Shown piece after piece: positions 37,401 through 49,957 of a stretch of 64,000 bases of DNA (position 1 is its first letter; each line of letters begins with the position of its first letter). The stretch is from positions 817,986-881,985 of the forward strand of contig NMRA01000138.1 of NCBI GenBank assembly GCA_002633005.1, written 5' to 3'. Under the pieces are notes generated by a model. It was not told where the DNA came from, did not search any database, and saw nothing but the letters and a program-made list of their open reading frames with translations. The position numbers and the translations under genes are program-made. The stretch is from Phoronis australis. Its lineage: Eukaryota > Animalia > Phoronida.

Positions 37401-40400
37401 CTGCATATGAGAATCATGTAATTTTTATGTAACTGCTAATCATCTGTTAAATTTAACATTCTGTTATACTTGGGGTATTAAAGTAGCTCTCACAATAGCA
37501 TTGGTGGTCACCTTTGATCAGTGCATGTGTTTATCCAATGAGTGTTTGCCTAAGGCTAATGGTAGATGTTTGTATTCCAGTTGTCCTGCGCTGACCTTAG
37601 TGAATCTGCTAAATGTCCGGATGAGCTTACTAAGCCTACCACAGTCACTAGTCCAGCCCATGGTAGGAGGTCATCTCCTGTTAATAGTACGTTGGATGAG
37701 ATTGAAGAAATGCAGGTGGATCCATGTGTAGAAGAGTGTAGTCATGGTAAAAAAGAGCAGGTAAGAGGTGAGATAGGAATGTGTAGTGATGGGTGGGGGA
37801 TGGGGGCTGGGGACTGGGCTGGAATGTGGATGGAGGTACATGGAGAGTCATGTGTAGAGCAGTGTAGTGGCAAAAGGGGATGGTGGCTGGGGACAGGGCT
37901 GGATTATGAGTGGAGGTGTATGGGGAGTCATGTTTAGAGGAGTGGGGTGATAAAAAGAGACCCATGTGTACACTCAGTAGTGTAACAGTTACCTGGTATG
38001 AGGTGGGATGGAGACATGTGGTCATGGAGATGGGGACAAAGCAAGTGCAGTTTTCTTGTGTGACGGAACAAGTAAGGGTGACAGAGCTGATGTAAGAAGT
38101 GGGGTGGAGATGAGTGGTGATGGAGATAGAGTTGTGTGAATAGGTGGAGATGAGTGATTATGGAGATAGAATTGTGTGAAGAGGTGTGGAGCGGGAACAC
38201 TGTGAAAGGTGATGACGAGTGTATGGGTGTGGTGGGGATGGAGACAGGGATGATGAGGAAATGATGGAGTTGAGGATGACAACTGTTATGGATATGGGCA
38301 TGCTAAGGGGAAAGGTTTTGTTGGTGGTGAAGGTCATGACAATACTGAAGACTATGATGGTGATGGCAATACTGAAGACTATGATGGTGATGACAATACC
38401 AGGGCTTGGAATTTTCCGCGGAAACGTGGATTTCCGCTTTTTTCAAATGTGCTGTCCGCTTTTTTTATAATATTTCCACGTAAAAAATCGGATTTGATAT
38501 AAAATTTCCGCGGCAAATTCCTTTCTTACCGCGGCGTTGCAGACGACACTCACCTCGAAAAGCGGAAGTTGCTCTTTATGTTTCGGAGGAACGTAAATTG
38601 TCAACATTGCCGGGGCATCGGGAGGGCACTGGGACAGTGTGGTGGGATTTTCAATGGCGTCTCGTGTTATTGTAAACCGCGGCGACAAATACTGCGGCTC
38701 TGCAACCAAAAATGTGTGGGTTGGGAGTGGACGGGCGAGCTAAAAGGACGCAGACGCATGCTACTGATGGTGGTAACGTTTTTTTTTTTTTATTTTTGTC
38801 GGGGAAAGGTTCACATTGACCATTTCAAGGCTGGTTAGCGGGCATGATTTGGGCCGTAGAAGTTTCAAAGTTTCCGCGTTTTTTGTCATTGGTCATTCCA
38901 AGCCCTGCAATACTGAAGACTACGATGGTGATGGCAATACTGAAGACTATGATGGTGACGGCAATGATCTTATCAACTTTCATTTCACACCTACAACTAA
39001 AATTTTCGTCTGACGTGTTGTTATTAACTATTAATTAAGTGCTGTGGCTGTAGAATGGTGACTTACTGATGACGCAAGTCATGATAAATGCAAATCTTTT
39101 TAGCAAGATCCTGATTTTGTGAAGCATTTTTAGTACTAGATGTCACTATTATTGTTTTGTAGGATCCTGTCGTCACTAGTGGCGTGTTAGCTTCCCCACA
39201 GTCAGGACAGGGCGAAAGCACGACAGTTAATGAGTCCAGAGATAGGACCCCTTCTGACCCCATCTCTATTGAAACGGTTAATGGCAGTCGAGGTATGAAG
39301 TTGTGAGTTGTTGTACTCTATCCGTGATGCCTAAGTTAGTACTGCCAAAAGCATTGTCAATGGAAAGTTCAGCACGCTCTCTCATTTGCTCATTGCAACA
39401 CTGTCTTGTAAAAAGATGCAATTTTCTATTGGTTGATCTCCATGATTATCGTCTGTCATCTGAAGACTAGTTTAGGTTTGCGCAGTGGTGTCCACACCAG
39501 CAATTCTTGTCGTGGCGTTGCCATTTGCAATGCTACTCTAGCCACGTGAGGGCGCTACTGAGGAGTGTAGAGTTGATGAGGATGCTAAAAGAGGCACTAA
39601 ATTGAAGTGTGCAATTTTTTAATTATTTACCACAAAACATGGTGGAGAGCCAGAATTTGATTTTCTTAAATATCTTGATTAAAATGAACATTAAAGAAAC
39701 GTTCTCAGTAACATGGTTTCTGCTGAAGGACAACACCGGGTAAATTTTAATATTTGAAGCAAACCGGTTTGCCTCTGGAAAACAGACAGAGGACTATCCT
39801 TTCAATATGTTTCCTGCAACTCTTAAAGTTATATTGATCACTGCTTTGGTGAGTCAAAGGTGGCCGAGTGGTTAATAAACCACAAATAACACTACACCCA
39901 CAGAAACAAGACACGCATTGTCTCATGACTGGATTTGTGGGACACTAAGTCAAAACATTCGAAAATTGCCATGATGTGAAACAAGTTGTCCAAAGGTAAT
40001 AGTCATACAAGCACAGCACACAATATACCTAAAGTTTCAGTTAAGTTGCACATTATTTTGATTTACAAGGAAAGGACTTACAGTAAAATAAAATGCTGTA
40101 CAGCACATACTATCATGGTAAAGGTGATGTGGAGTTTGTAATGCAATATTACGTGAAAAAATACTTGCATGTTTATGGTTTTGTTGAAGGAATTCTTGTC
40201 AAAATGCACACCAGGATGCACTGGTTGTACAAAGCTATGGTGACCCAAAAAAAACACGAGTCCGACCTCAATTTCTTAGCTTTTGGTCACAGAGACTCGA
40301 CATGTTAGAATCAAAGTTTTATCTCATTTGTGCCAGTTCGTTGAGACGTACACACAAAATTCTTGATACTTTTCTTCATATTCCCACAGTTCTTACAATC

Positions 40401-43400
40401 ACGCTTACGGTAGTTATTTTTTGGCAAACTTTCATTTTGCTGTTTGCTGCTGAGGAACGTTGCATCCCACCGTTATAGTGAAAGTTGCGCATTCTAGTTG
40501 TTTGTGGACTCTGGCAGTCAGTGATTTATGTTTTGGAAAGGGTTTATATGTAAAGCTCTTGCAGTGCCATCTTTTGGTTCATATTTTGGGTTCATCCTGA
40601 ATCAAATGAAGTTTATTGATTACTTCAACTGGACATTTTACAGCGCCGCTAAATTGATTTATTCCACTTTGAAGTTTGCAATTTCGACTTTTCCTAATTA
40701 GCGGTGGTAGTGATGTCTTAAACCAATGTGCACTTTAATCATGTTGTCAGTCTCTTTTTATCTTGTCTCACCTGTTTCAGGTAAAGTGCCTTTGACTCCT
40801 TCTCCACTCTGCAGTCATTCCACAAGTTTTAATGAGGAGAGGAAAACGCTTAGCTACAAGGAAAACAAACCTCGCAGTCTGGAAGAAAAAAGTGTTAAAG
40901 GTAGGCCTGAAATTCATACTAATAGTGACATGCTTTGCCAACCAAAATCAGTAATACTTTTTGTAAACAAAATGTGTTGTTACTAATTATTGGCCATTGT
41001 TGTCAAGCAAAATATGTGAGCATGGAAACACTGAAGTCATCACATTTTTGTTCAAGCTTTTCCAATATTGATTAACGTTTGATCATTAAAGGTATCATGT
41101 GCTGCTTTGCACTCTGTTTCTAGGTCAATTTAAGACACGCTTACAGGAAATTTTAGGTATTCTATTCCTCTTGGTGCAAGATTTAAGATTGTTCACGTTG
41201 TTTTCTGTTCAGCATTGGGTATACTAAATTCCAACATAGTTTACAGTCGTCACTTTCACTAGCGGGTAGGAGAATAATTAGACGTGTTTAATTTTGTTTA
41301 CCTACTTCTGATCAAGCTCTGAGCACCTTGTAACAATTCAAGCACTTAAAACCTGCATTTTACTGTCACTGTGTTTATCTGGTCAAATATAAAACAAAAG
41401 TCAAATCGGACCTTTTAGTGTAAAACTGGTCTCAAATTTTCCTTGCTAAGGTAGGGCTTGTTTTCTGTTATAAAGAGCAGCATACAAACTCTCAAGAGGT
41501 CAAAAACACTCAGGAAAATCTTTGAATTTACTAGGGCTGGCTAGCCCTGAAATTTGAACATGGTGTGCAGGACTTTCATTCAAAAATATATATTATCAGT
41601 CATGTGAAACCATTATGTCTTTTTTCTGAGAATAATACATTACTGATTGGCTGCTGAGATTGGCTTTTCAGTTAAGCACTCAGAATACAAAGTGACTGAT
41701 AAATGGTGAAATGCTTGTGATTAAGTTTCCAATTTGTTTTCATCTACTAACTAAGTTAATTTCGGACTTTAAGTGTCCTAAGAAGACCAATTTTATTGCA
41801 TTAAAGTATCTATTACTGACCAAGTGATTGTTTTGTGGTGTACCGCACTCATTTATCATGCCATATTTCTGTCTGGGAGACTGGGAGAGTGCAGATCCTT
41901 GATGGGTGTTTTAAATTGTTTTGGTGGAGGTACTTATTCTGGCTATCCTTGCTGGCTGATCTGATTCGGATTTATTTGTTTGTAAGTTATGTTGTGTTAT
42001 TTGTATTCAAGTGTATACATTACTTAGTTAACTTATACCATGTTCATTCAGGGTGACTCACTTTGAAATTTTCACCTTGTCTGGTGTTAAGTTTTCCCAT
42101 TGTAAATTTTTGCTATCTCTTCCGTACTGATGACATGTTCAAGTTTCAATTGATGAATTTCAGTGTGGTGTCATAAAAAACTATTGGCTGAAAACTGAAA
42201 CTATACAGACTTTGCTCTTCCTTCCAGGTTACTAAGAATACAAGTTTGTACAAGATGACTTTTGCATCAAATTGTTTTTTGCAAAATAAATGTAACTTTA
42301 ATTAAAAGTCACAATGCTGCAAACTATGCTCTGATGTTAACAACATCAATGCATTTGAAGTATTAGTCCTTCCAAAGCAATGTCATCGCATTCTCATTAT
42401 TTCTTTAAACTAAAACTGGTTACAATAGGTCTTTTGGAATTCCTGCTTTTCTTGAGGGAACTCCATTAGGGCTGTTCCAGTAAAATCTATATGGGAAGGG
42501 GGGGGAAGGCACCTTTTTTTCGCACCCACCACCCATATTTTTCATTTATTTCTTCAGCCTAGCACCCGTAATTTTTTATAAGTTTGAAATGCAACCACCC
42601 GTAATTTTTTTTTGTTCTTGTGGTTGACTGCACAGGCGCTTGAGTTTATCTGCTCCTCCATCACCACTAACGTCACTCATTACTAAGAAAACATAATTAT
42701 GTTTCTTATATATGGTTATTAGCCATCGAGAAATTCGAGCAGCTGTGATTAAATGGTGTTATGGACATGCCAATGAGGAGATCGGAGGGAGTGAAAAAGT
42801 CGGAGCTTTTTGCAAGTTGCATTTTTGTTTCAGTTTTTGATTCTGTGCGGATTGTTTATAAAATTTACTAAAATTACACACCATCAAACATTTATGGCCC
42901 AATGAAACAACAACCAGTAAATTTTTATTTGTTTGAAGTACGACCACCAGCCATTTTGAATTTAAATCACACGCAACCACCCATAAATTTTTATTTCAGT
43001 TGCCTTCCCCCCCTCCCACACAGATTTTGCTGGAACAGCCCTTACAAAAATTGCAGCAGTCACCAGCCCCTGACATCTGATGGGGGTATTTGGAATATTC
43101 ATGACTGTGCGCTGGGAGTTATAAGAGAATCTGGGAAAATTAAGTTACAAGCCAAGTATTGTTACAGGGGTGCTTGTTTGAAAATGGGTGGACTCATTCA
43201 GAAACTCCTAGCACACNGGTAGGGCTTGTTTTCTGTTATAAAGAGCAGCATACAAACTCTCAAGAGGTCAAAAACACTCAGGAAAATCTTTGAATTTACT
43301 AGGGCTGGCTAGCCCTGAAATTTGAACATGGTGTGCAGGACTTTTATTCAAAAATATATATTATCAGTCATGTGAAACCACTATGTCTATTTTCTGAGAA

Positions 43401-46400
43401 TAACACATTGCTGATTGGCTGCTGAGATTGGCTTTTCAATTAAGCACTCAGAATACAAAGTGACTGATAAATGGTGAAATGCTTGTGATTAAGTTTCCAA
43501 TTTGTTTTCATCTACTAACTAAGTTAATTTCGGACTTTAAGTGTCCTAAGAAGACCAATTTTATTGCATTAAAGTATCTGTTACTGACCAAGTGATTGTT
43601 TTGTGGTGTACCGCACTCATTTATCATGCCAGATTTCTGTCTGGGAGACTGGGAGAGTGCAGATCCTTGATGGGTGTTTTAAATTGTTTCGGTGGAGGTA
43701 CTTATGCTGGCTATCCTTGCTGGCTGATCTGATTCGGATCTATTTGTTTGTAAGTTATGTTGTGTTATTTGTATTCAAGTGTATACTTAGTTAACTTATA
43801 CCATGTTCATTCAGGGTGACTCACTTTGAAATTTTCACCTTGTCTGGTGTTAAGTTTCCCATTGTAAATTTTTGCTATCTCTTCCGTACTGATGACATGT
43901 TCAAGTTTCAATTGATGAATTTCAGTGTGGTGTCATAAAAAAACTATTGGCTGAAAACTGAAACTATACAGACTTTGCTCTTCCTTCCAGGTTACTAAGA
44001 ATACAAGTTTGTACAAGATGACTTGTGCATCAAATTGTTTTTGCAAATAAATGAAACTTTAATTAAAAGTCGCAATGCTGCAAACTATGCTCTGATGTTA
44101 ACAACATCAATGCATTTGATGTATTAGTCCTTCCAAAGCAATGTCATCGCATTCTCATTATTTCTTTGAACTAAAACTGGTTACAATAGGTCTTTTGGAA
44201 TTCTTGCTTTTCTTGAGGGAACTCCATTACAAAAATTGCAGCAGTCACCAGCCCCTGACATCTGATGGGGGTATTTGGAATATTCATGACTGTGCGCTGG
44301 GAGTTATAAGAGAATCTGGGAAAATTAAGTTACAAGCCAAGTATTGTTACAGGGGTGCTTGTTTGAAAATGGGTGGACTCATTCAGAAACTCCTAGCACA
44401 CAATGAAAAACTTCTTCCCCTAATGACAACAATTGACAATTAAAAGTGAACCCTGATGGCTTTTTGTTGACTATCCTAAAGCTCAGAGCAAATTTCAGCA
44501 TTTATTTTCCCTTTTGATTGGTGCATTTTGAACATTTGGTATTGAACCAGGAAAGTGAAAATTTTTGACAGTGCGCCTAAGGAAACATGTTTGTGTATTC
44601 TCCCATTTCTCAGTGTTAACCTAAAGTTTTCTTGTGTCTGTTGGTAGGTTTCGAAGAATTTAAGCAATTTTTAAGTTATCTGTTGTATATTTTTAATTTG
44701 TGAACCCAGGTTAAATGTTATGTTGAATATACTGTTTGGCAGATAAAAATTTCCTGGCTGTAACTTACATCTGATTTACCCCTCTTAATTTTTCCAGAAC
44801 AATCTCCCCTTCACCATGGACACTTGAGGCATTGTCGGCATTCATTTGCCGGCCTGTTTGCTGGTCACCTGTTAGAGCACACGGGTAAGTGACAGCTTGC
44901 TACTCTGGATATCGTAGTATCTGCACTCACTATGTCTAATGTAATTGTTAACATGTGCATTAGCTAAGGGTTGTGGGTCTTTTTAAGCAGTGCTGCTATA
45001 TGTTTCACTAACTTATCTCTTCTACTTTTATGTGAGTACAATGATGAGTGTACAACATTACTGTCAACAGCTAAATTTAAGGGAATTTGCATATTCATAC
45101 ATTCTGCATGGTCAGCAGAGGGTCTTGCCTCAGTCAAACCACGCCTGTTATAGGCTGCGAGCTGTAATTCAATGTTGCGTGCGAAGATTAACAGAATCAT
45201 TAAGGGGAGTATGTGTTGTCTCAACAGTATGGGGTTATGGGCTTCACAGTTTAACACCGTGTTATAGTTTTGTCATTATGATAATCATTTATTAAGCAAT
45301 GCCACCCTGATAATATTATTTCTTTTGCTTGTCCAACTGTAACAGTGCATTGCATCTGGAACGACCTGGGATTCATGTAGTATAGCCTTCATTGAGCTTG
45401 TCTTGTATCATCTCTTTACTTTTCATTATACGTTTCTGTGTGCATTTTCTTGTCGTCATTCTTTCCTTAAGGTTCCGCAAGTTCTCTATTCAGTACCAAA
45501 GTAATCAGTGGTTCTTCTAGTGCGCCAAATCTTCACGATCTTGAGTACGGCACACACGAGGGTATGTCTATTTATTGTGTGCGTTAACACACGTTACCTA
45601 ACCCCGTTTTCACGCTGGAAATTCCCGTTACTAAGAGTCATAGAAAGAGTGTCAAGTTTGTAGACAAATGTTTTTGTTGTTAAAAGCTTGACCTGTGCTG
45701 TGTTTCCGCTAAGTTTAACTGTTGGACGAATCCTATAATCGGTAGTACAATGAGGATGCATTTTGTGAAGTTTTGAGATGCAGGAAAGACCGGATGTTGG
45801 ATGAAAGGTCACTTCCAATGTACAGAATGCATGTATATGATATGTACACTACACTGAAATATCAGAGATAAATATCTGTTACCACAAGAAGTGTAAAATG
45901 ACAGATTTTTAACCAGGTCACTTGTCATGAGTTACTGAAAAGGGGACAAATTTATAGTAAAAGTCCCACAAAGAGCTAATTAGGTCAAGTCAAAATTACA
46001 AATGTCAACTAAATTTAGTTCGTGACTGTGAAATAAACAATGACTTCTATTGGCTCTGTGATAATATACCAGTGACCTCTATTGTCTCTATGATAATATA
46101 CCAGTGACCTCTATTGTCTCCATGATAATATACCAGTGACTTCTATTGGCTCTATGATAATATACCAGTGGCCTCTATTGGCTCTATGGTGATGTCATTT
46201 TTAATTAGGAACCCAAACTTGCCATATTAAAGAACCAAAAACAAAGGTCCCCATCCCAAAACATGATCCAAAACAATGCTCCATGACATGCCTTCAGAGG
46301 TTTGTTTTAGTTATTGTACACTCACTTATGACTAAGACATGGTCATACTTTAGGCACAGTTTTTCAGAAAAGATTCAACATTATGGTCACATTTATGACC

Positions 46401-49234
46401 TGAGTTTGACTTTGTTGCATTTGTTTTTTTTTCTGTTTTGAGTTCTTCATTATGCTTTCAGTTTTCCATACTTTTCTTCCCAATGGTTTATTATCAACGT
46501 ATTCTTCAGGTACTTGTGGACATAATACTTGTCCTGGGAAACCAAAGAAATTCCCACCATGAATTTTCAAAGAAGCGCCCCCTATAGGCACTCTTTTGAA
46601 CTATCCAGAGGAATACCCAATAAGGTCTATTATGAATGTCACTGTCATGGCTAATTAAGGCAAAAATGATTATTCATGGACTAGTATTTGGAAAAAAGTT
46701 TTGAAGCAGACACAAAAATGTGCTGTCATTCATAAGTTATAAAAGAATCCTCATATTCTTAAGATTACACTAGGTGCTGAATCCCATACAACTTTCTACA
46801 ATTGTATTCTTTCATACAGCAAAGCAAAATGAAGCCAAACAGTGACTTTTGACATAAGAATGTGTATTGGTTATCTTTCAGTTTGTTTTAATCATGGATT
46901 ATAGTTTAACAGTTTAATGTGCAACTCTGCTTATTCTGTGTTAGTTGATGTTGCTCACTCATGCTACATGAACCATGGGCACGCTGTAATGGTATTATTT
47001 ATTGCCATCTAAACAAACTAATCAATCTAAAATTGTCATGGATTTTTTGTTTCCATCTAAACAGACTTCTTAATTTAGTGCTGTGAAAGGTTACAGTTAT
47101 GTATTAGTTACTTGTGGCAAAGTTAAGTATCACGATGTAATGTTATGTCAAATGATTACAGAGTGTGTCACTGCTCAATCACTAAATTTGGCAGAAAAAA
47201 AGACTATAATTATGTAATATTTAGATTTCATGTATTTCTTCATTGTGCTTGCTGTGTATAAACTAACAAGGTGTGGCAGAACTAACATTTGTTTTTTCCT
47301 TTAACTAACGATCTTCTCGGTGAAATTTTATGTTTTCATAATCAACTGAGCATTTCCATTGCTCAGCAGATCTGCTTTTACCTTATTTGTTTTGATACTA
47401 AAAGCCGTTCATGTGAGTTTTTCGTGGAATATTTTCATCGAAATTTTCGCTCAAGTGAAGAAAGCTAATAATTTTTCAATTTTTTTCATGTGTGTGATAA
47501 ATTTTCGAGATTCTTGATAAACTTATGCAAAAAGGCTTACCTGAACAGCTCATAAGTGACATGTGCTTGTTTGGCCCAAAGCCAATGGTTAAGCCCCTGT
47601 AGGTCCTCCGCAAATTTTTTAAAATGGAGTTGACCAGTTTTGATGTCGATTATGTAGACGAAGTGGGGACTAATTGTCGGCAATGGTATTCAGAAATTCT
47701 TTGAAGTTGTTTTGAGTAAAAATGTCGACCCGTCTGACTTCTATTTTGTCTGGATTTGGAAATGCCACCATTTTGAAACCACTTATCAATCCACTTCCAA
47801 GTCAAAATTTTTGCTAAGCACATGTTCTTAGCACTTGTTCTTAGCACATGCCCTTAAATTCTTTCATCTCACTAAAGCACTAAAGCAGCTGAATTAGACT
47901 TAAATAGCAACTTAACGTCGACTACTTTGAGTGTCTTGATAATTGCTGGATTATTTCAGTTATTTCATCTTTAGTTCAAGTATGTTTATTCAGAATTTGG
48001 GCACCATATGGTTGATGGATATTGATTCATAGAGGGATGACTTTGATATCTAACCAGCCTACTGATTTGTAATTGGTTGAAGGTAATTTAGCCAAACCTG
48101 AACCCCCTCTGGGTGAATACTGGACCTCCTCTGGGTGATTGCTGGACCCCCTCTGGGTGAATACTGGACCCCCTCTGGGTGAATGCTGAACCCCTTCTGG
48201 GTGATTGCGGGACCCACTGTGGGTGAATGTGACTTTTGTATACACTCAGGTTTTGTTGACCATCGTATTATAGGTATTGAAGGTTGTAAAGGTGCCCCTC
48301 CAATCCAACCCCTGGAGACCCTTCACAACTCACTAACCCTCAGCCACATGGAACAGTTCCTGGCTAGGATGGTCAACACAAAATTCAAGACGCCAGTGCC
48401 ATCCCCTCCACGCCAGCCGTCCACGCCCCGTATGTATGATGCGCGGCCGGTGCTACCTCCCCCACCTTCATATTCCAGTCAGCAAAGCTCAGTGGAAAGA
48501 GGTCAGTACAATGTGGACATCTCTAGGTACAGTATTGACCATAACTTATGAAATTAGCACTGCTGCATGCATGACAAGCCATAGGTTCCAATGATCATCT
48601 ACTTGAAATTAACGGCATCATGTAATTGCAATGGTGAAATCTATCTTACCAGTACTCCCTCTGAGCAAGGATAAAAATTGATTTCTATCCTTGCCAAATG
48701 CCAGCAGTTAGTGGCACTTAGTTGTTGCAGTGTGTAGGATACCAACGGAATATGGTCATTTTGGAAAGTTCAAAGGTTGTACTTGCGGCAAATATTCGGT
48801 CGATTTTCTAATCAAGTTTAAAAAAAAATGGTCTTTAGCCCTGGCTAGTGTCAGTATCTCATTCTGAATCTAGCCTTGCTCTTGGTAACATACTTAAATG
48901 GTTGAGACAGTTGTAGTTAGAACACTGAGACATACTGAAGCTGCAATCTATGAACAGAAAGTCATCGGAAGAAAAGGAGTCGTCAAACATGTGTATGCCT
49001 TGTATGCCAAATGTTTGATTAAACCTGGAATTTTATGTTTCAGGTGTCAGCTACCCTTCATCAGCAAGCTCTAGTGCAGGTCCAGACTCGCCCTCTAGTG
49101 TCTCAATTACTGATGATGTATTCCAACGCCTTCTACAGTCAATAGGTAGTCATGCCAACCAGCCAACAAGCAGTTGTGCTACCGACAGTAATTTAACTGA
49201 TGCCTTGATGGACACAAGTTCAAATACAAAATGA
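10469..49234 (+). CDS. PPIP5K: inositol hexakisphosphate and diphosphoinositol-pentakisphosphate kinase (PPIP5K/VIP1 family), 28 coding exons, about 1238 aa
   Basis: GT-AG, phase-consistent exons: 10469-10495, 12055-12350, 13697-13779, 14383-14540, 15537-15638, 16184-16345, 17054-17175, 17963-18064, 18327-18413, 19125-19319, 20474-20556, 22254-22376, 26135-26256, 26750-26862, 27452-27518, 28209-28353, 29114-29340, 30075-30205, 34467-34581, 35865-35972, 36692-36814, 37581-37760, 39163-39292, 40781-40900, 44798-44884, 45472-45561, 48274-48501 (alternative acceptor 48250), 49044-49234; total 3717 nt. Motifs: [62 protein letters not shown] (ATP-grasp kinase); [42 protein letters not shown] (histidine phosphatase-like); [16 protein letters not shown] (C-terminal). 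The first exon and C-terminal low-complexity exons are less certain. Confidence 0.96.
13295..13594. repeat. intronic minisatellite, about 51-53 bp unit, about 6 copies
   Basis: Unit ttttatagcagtaagtcagtgatctgaatcaacac(at)agtttatagcagtaag repeated in tandem. Confidence 0.95.
16108..16195 (+). repeat. 31-bp tandem repeat overlapping the PPIP5K exon 6 acceptor
   Basis: ggtacatgttctgggtgtatacagtgtacat x2, then ggtacatattctag|gtgtatacagtg. Confidence 0.9.
23805..24960. mobile_element. interspersed repeat with internal tandem units, Helentron/HINE-like layout; related copies at about 14667-15300 and 21050-21850
   Basis: Begins ttttatgggcccac...gtgg (short hairpin), then a cgtc/tgtc microsatellite, then repeated units containing gactact...gccyccTAGTGGCAATTT; the same head and units recur elsewhere. 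Classification is inferred from architecture only. Confidence 0.55.
29982..30057 (+). CDS. PPIP5K: PPIP5K alternative exon 18a (paralogue of the 5' half of exon 30075-30205)
   Basis: Acceptor ctcttttttag|GAG; encodes [25 protein letters not shown] versus [25 protein letters not shown] (12 of first 24 residues identical); candidate donor CACG|gttggt (phase 1). Confidence 0.8.
30883..30970 (+). CDS. PPIP5K: PPIP5K alternative exon 18a' (candidate 3' partner of exon 18a)
   Basis: Acceptor tttattatgttcactcag|, donor CAG|gtctga; enters in phase 1 and exits in phase 2, exactly bridging 18a to exon 19; encodes (E)[28 protein letters not shown](R), with TRL matching STRLDSR of the canonical exon. 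Confidence 0.65.
33384..33495. repeat. 36-bp tandem repeat, 3 copies
   Basis: tgtcagactagcaactatggctttgagattatgtga x3. Confidence 0.95.
34947..35201. repeat. 18-bp minisatellite, about 14 copies
   Basis: gtgtatagcccagcgcag tandem array in the intron after exon 19; source of the spurious LGYTPA ORF. Confidence 0.97.
36940..37188. mobile_element. foldback/palindromic element (MITE-like), contains an N at 37134
   Basis: Imperfect inverted arms of about 110 bp, e.g. gtggaatggcaggtaactggagcctcg...gttatgtc / gacataac...cgaggctccagttacccgccattccac and aaagttac...gagtcatg / catgactc...gtaacttt. Confidence 0.75.
38339..38966. repeat. 27-bp tandem repeat interrupted by a MITE
   Basis: caatactgaagactatgatggtgatgg units on both sides of the 38400-38907 insertion. 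Confidence 0.9.
38400..38907. mobile_element. non-autonomous DNA transposon (hAT-like ends) with 6-bp TSD
   Basis: TIR CAGGGCTTGGAAT...ATTCCAAGCCCTG (13 bp perfect); CAATAC duplicated at 38394-38399 and 38908-38913; CpG-rich interior contrasts with the flanks. Confidence 0.88.
41450..44401. repeat. near-identical tandem duplication split by an N (copy 1 41450-43216, copy 2 43218-44401), probably two haplotypes
   Basis: Both copies start ggtagggcttgttttctg and end gaaactcctagcacac; they differ by scattered SNPs/indels and one MITE; the junction is exactly the N at 43217. Confidence 0.9.
42469..43041. mobile_element. PIF/Harbinger-type (Tourist-like) MITE, TTA TSD
   Basis: About 40-bp TIRs (GGGCTGTTCCAGyAAAATCT...GGGGGGAAGGCA), TTA on both sides; the second copy of the region shows the empty site ctccaTTAcaaaaa near 44222-44235. 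Confidence 0.92.
46041..46190. repeat. 32-bp tandem repeat, about 4.5 copies
   Basis: tgacytctattgkctctatgataatataccag repeated. Confidence 0.9.
48098..48229. repeat. 22-bp tandem repeat, 6 copies, just upstream of exon 27
   Basis: ctggaccccctctgggtgaata and variants. Confidence 0.9.
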
Positions 49235-49597
49235 TGGATTTTAGAATGTGACCAAATAATGATGTCTTAGTGATTTCCCGCTGTCTTGGGTTATATAATT
49301 GTATGGGTATAAGCACTTTAGTTTTATGAAATACATTGTTCTTGAGGACATTCATTAGTCTTCTAATTTTACCTAGTTATCTAATTTATTGTTATACTGT
49401 ATGCGCGAAGTTTTGCCTATGCCTGCACTTAAGCGCATGAATCTATGTGGGAAGCTATGGCTATGTCTAGAATGATGTGCATACACTTAATGGGAAACTT
49501 GTGCGTAAAGCCAAGGAGCAAATGGTTAAACAAGTGTTTCGCTATGTTTTGTTGGCGAAAAATTGAATTTGTAAAAACAACTATGGTTTTAAATCGA

Positions 49598-49642
49598 CTT
49601 GACATGTTTCCGTGTCATTTATTCAAACACCATCATCAGAAG
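49598..49642 (-). ncRNA. minimal type I hammerhead ribozyme motif (PLE type)
   Basis: Minus strand CTT CTGATGA TGGTGT ttgaataaatg ACACG GAAAC ATGTC AAG: both core motifs, stem II, palindromic ACATGT stem III, GUC site, 3-bp stem I. Confidence 0.65.
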
Positions 49643-49957
49643 AGAGATTATAGTGGCCAGCTAGCTAGGCCCAGCAACAAGTATTGAAGCAAAGATACAG
49701 TCAGCTTACAGGGAGTGACAATAAACTAGAACAACAATGACAACCTGTGGTGTGCCAGTTGCTTATTGAGACTGGGCTTGCACCAACTGATGTGTAGAGC
49801 CTTTGTTGTTTCTGCCTGGTCTATTATTGCAAAGTCATTGAAAGAGCACTGCTGATAACAATGATTGAAGCTCTGTAGATGAATATTTACATGTGAACCT
49901 CTGTCAGAATTTAGATATTCCCTAGTCCTGGTTTTCAAATGGCGAACAGTTTTCTTT

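Noticed and set aside
37681-38470. His-rich and Met/Gly-rich ORFs
   Set aside because: Products of purine-rich degenerate intronic repeats.
41835-44443. Duplicated ORFs suggesting a tandem gene pair
   Set aside because: They lie in an intronic duplication joined at an N, probably allelic, and show no coding features.
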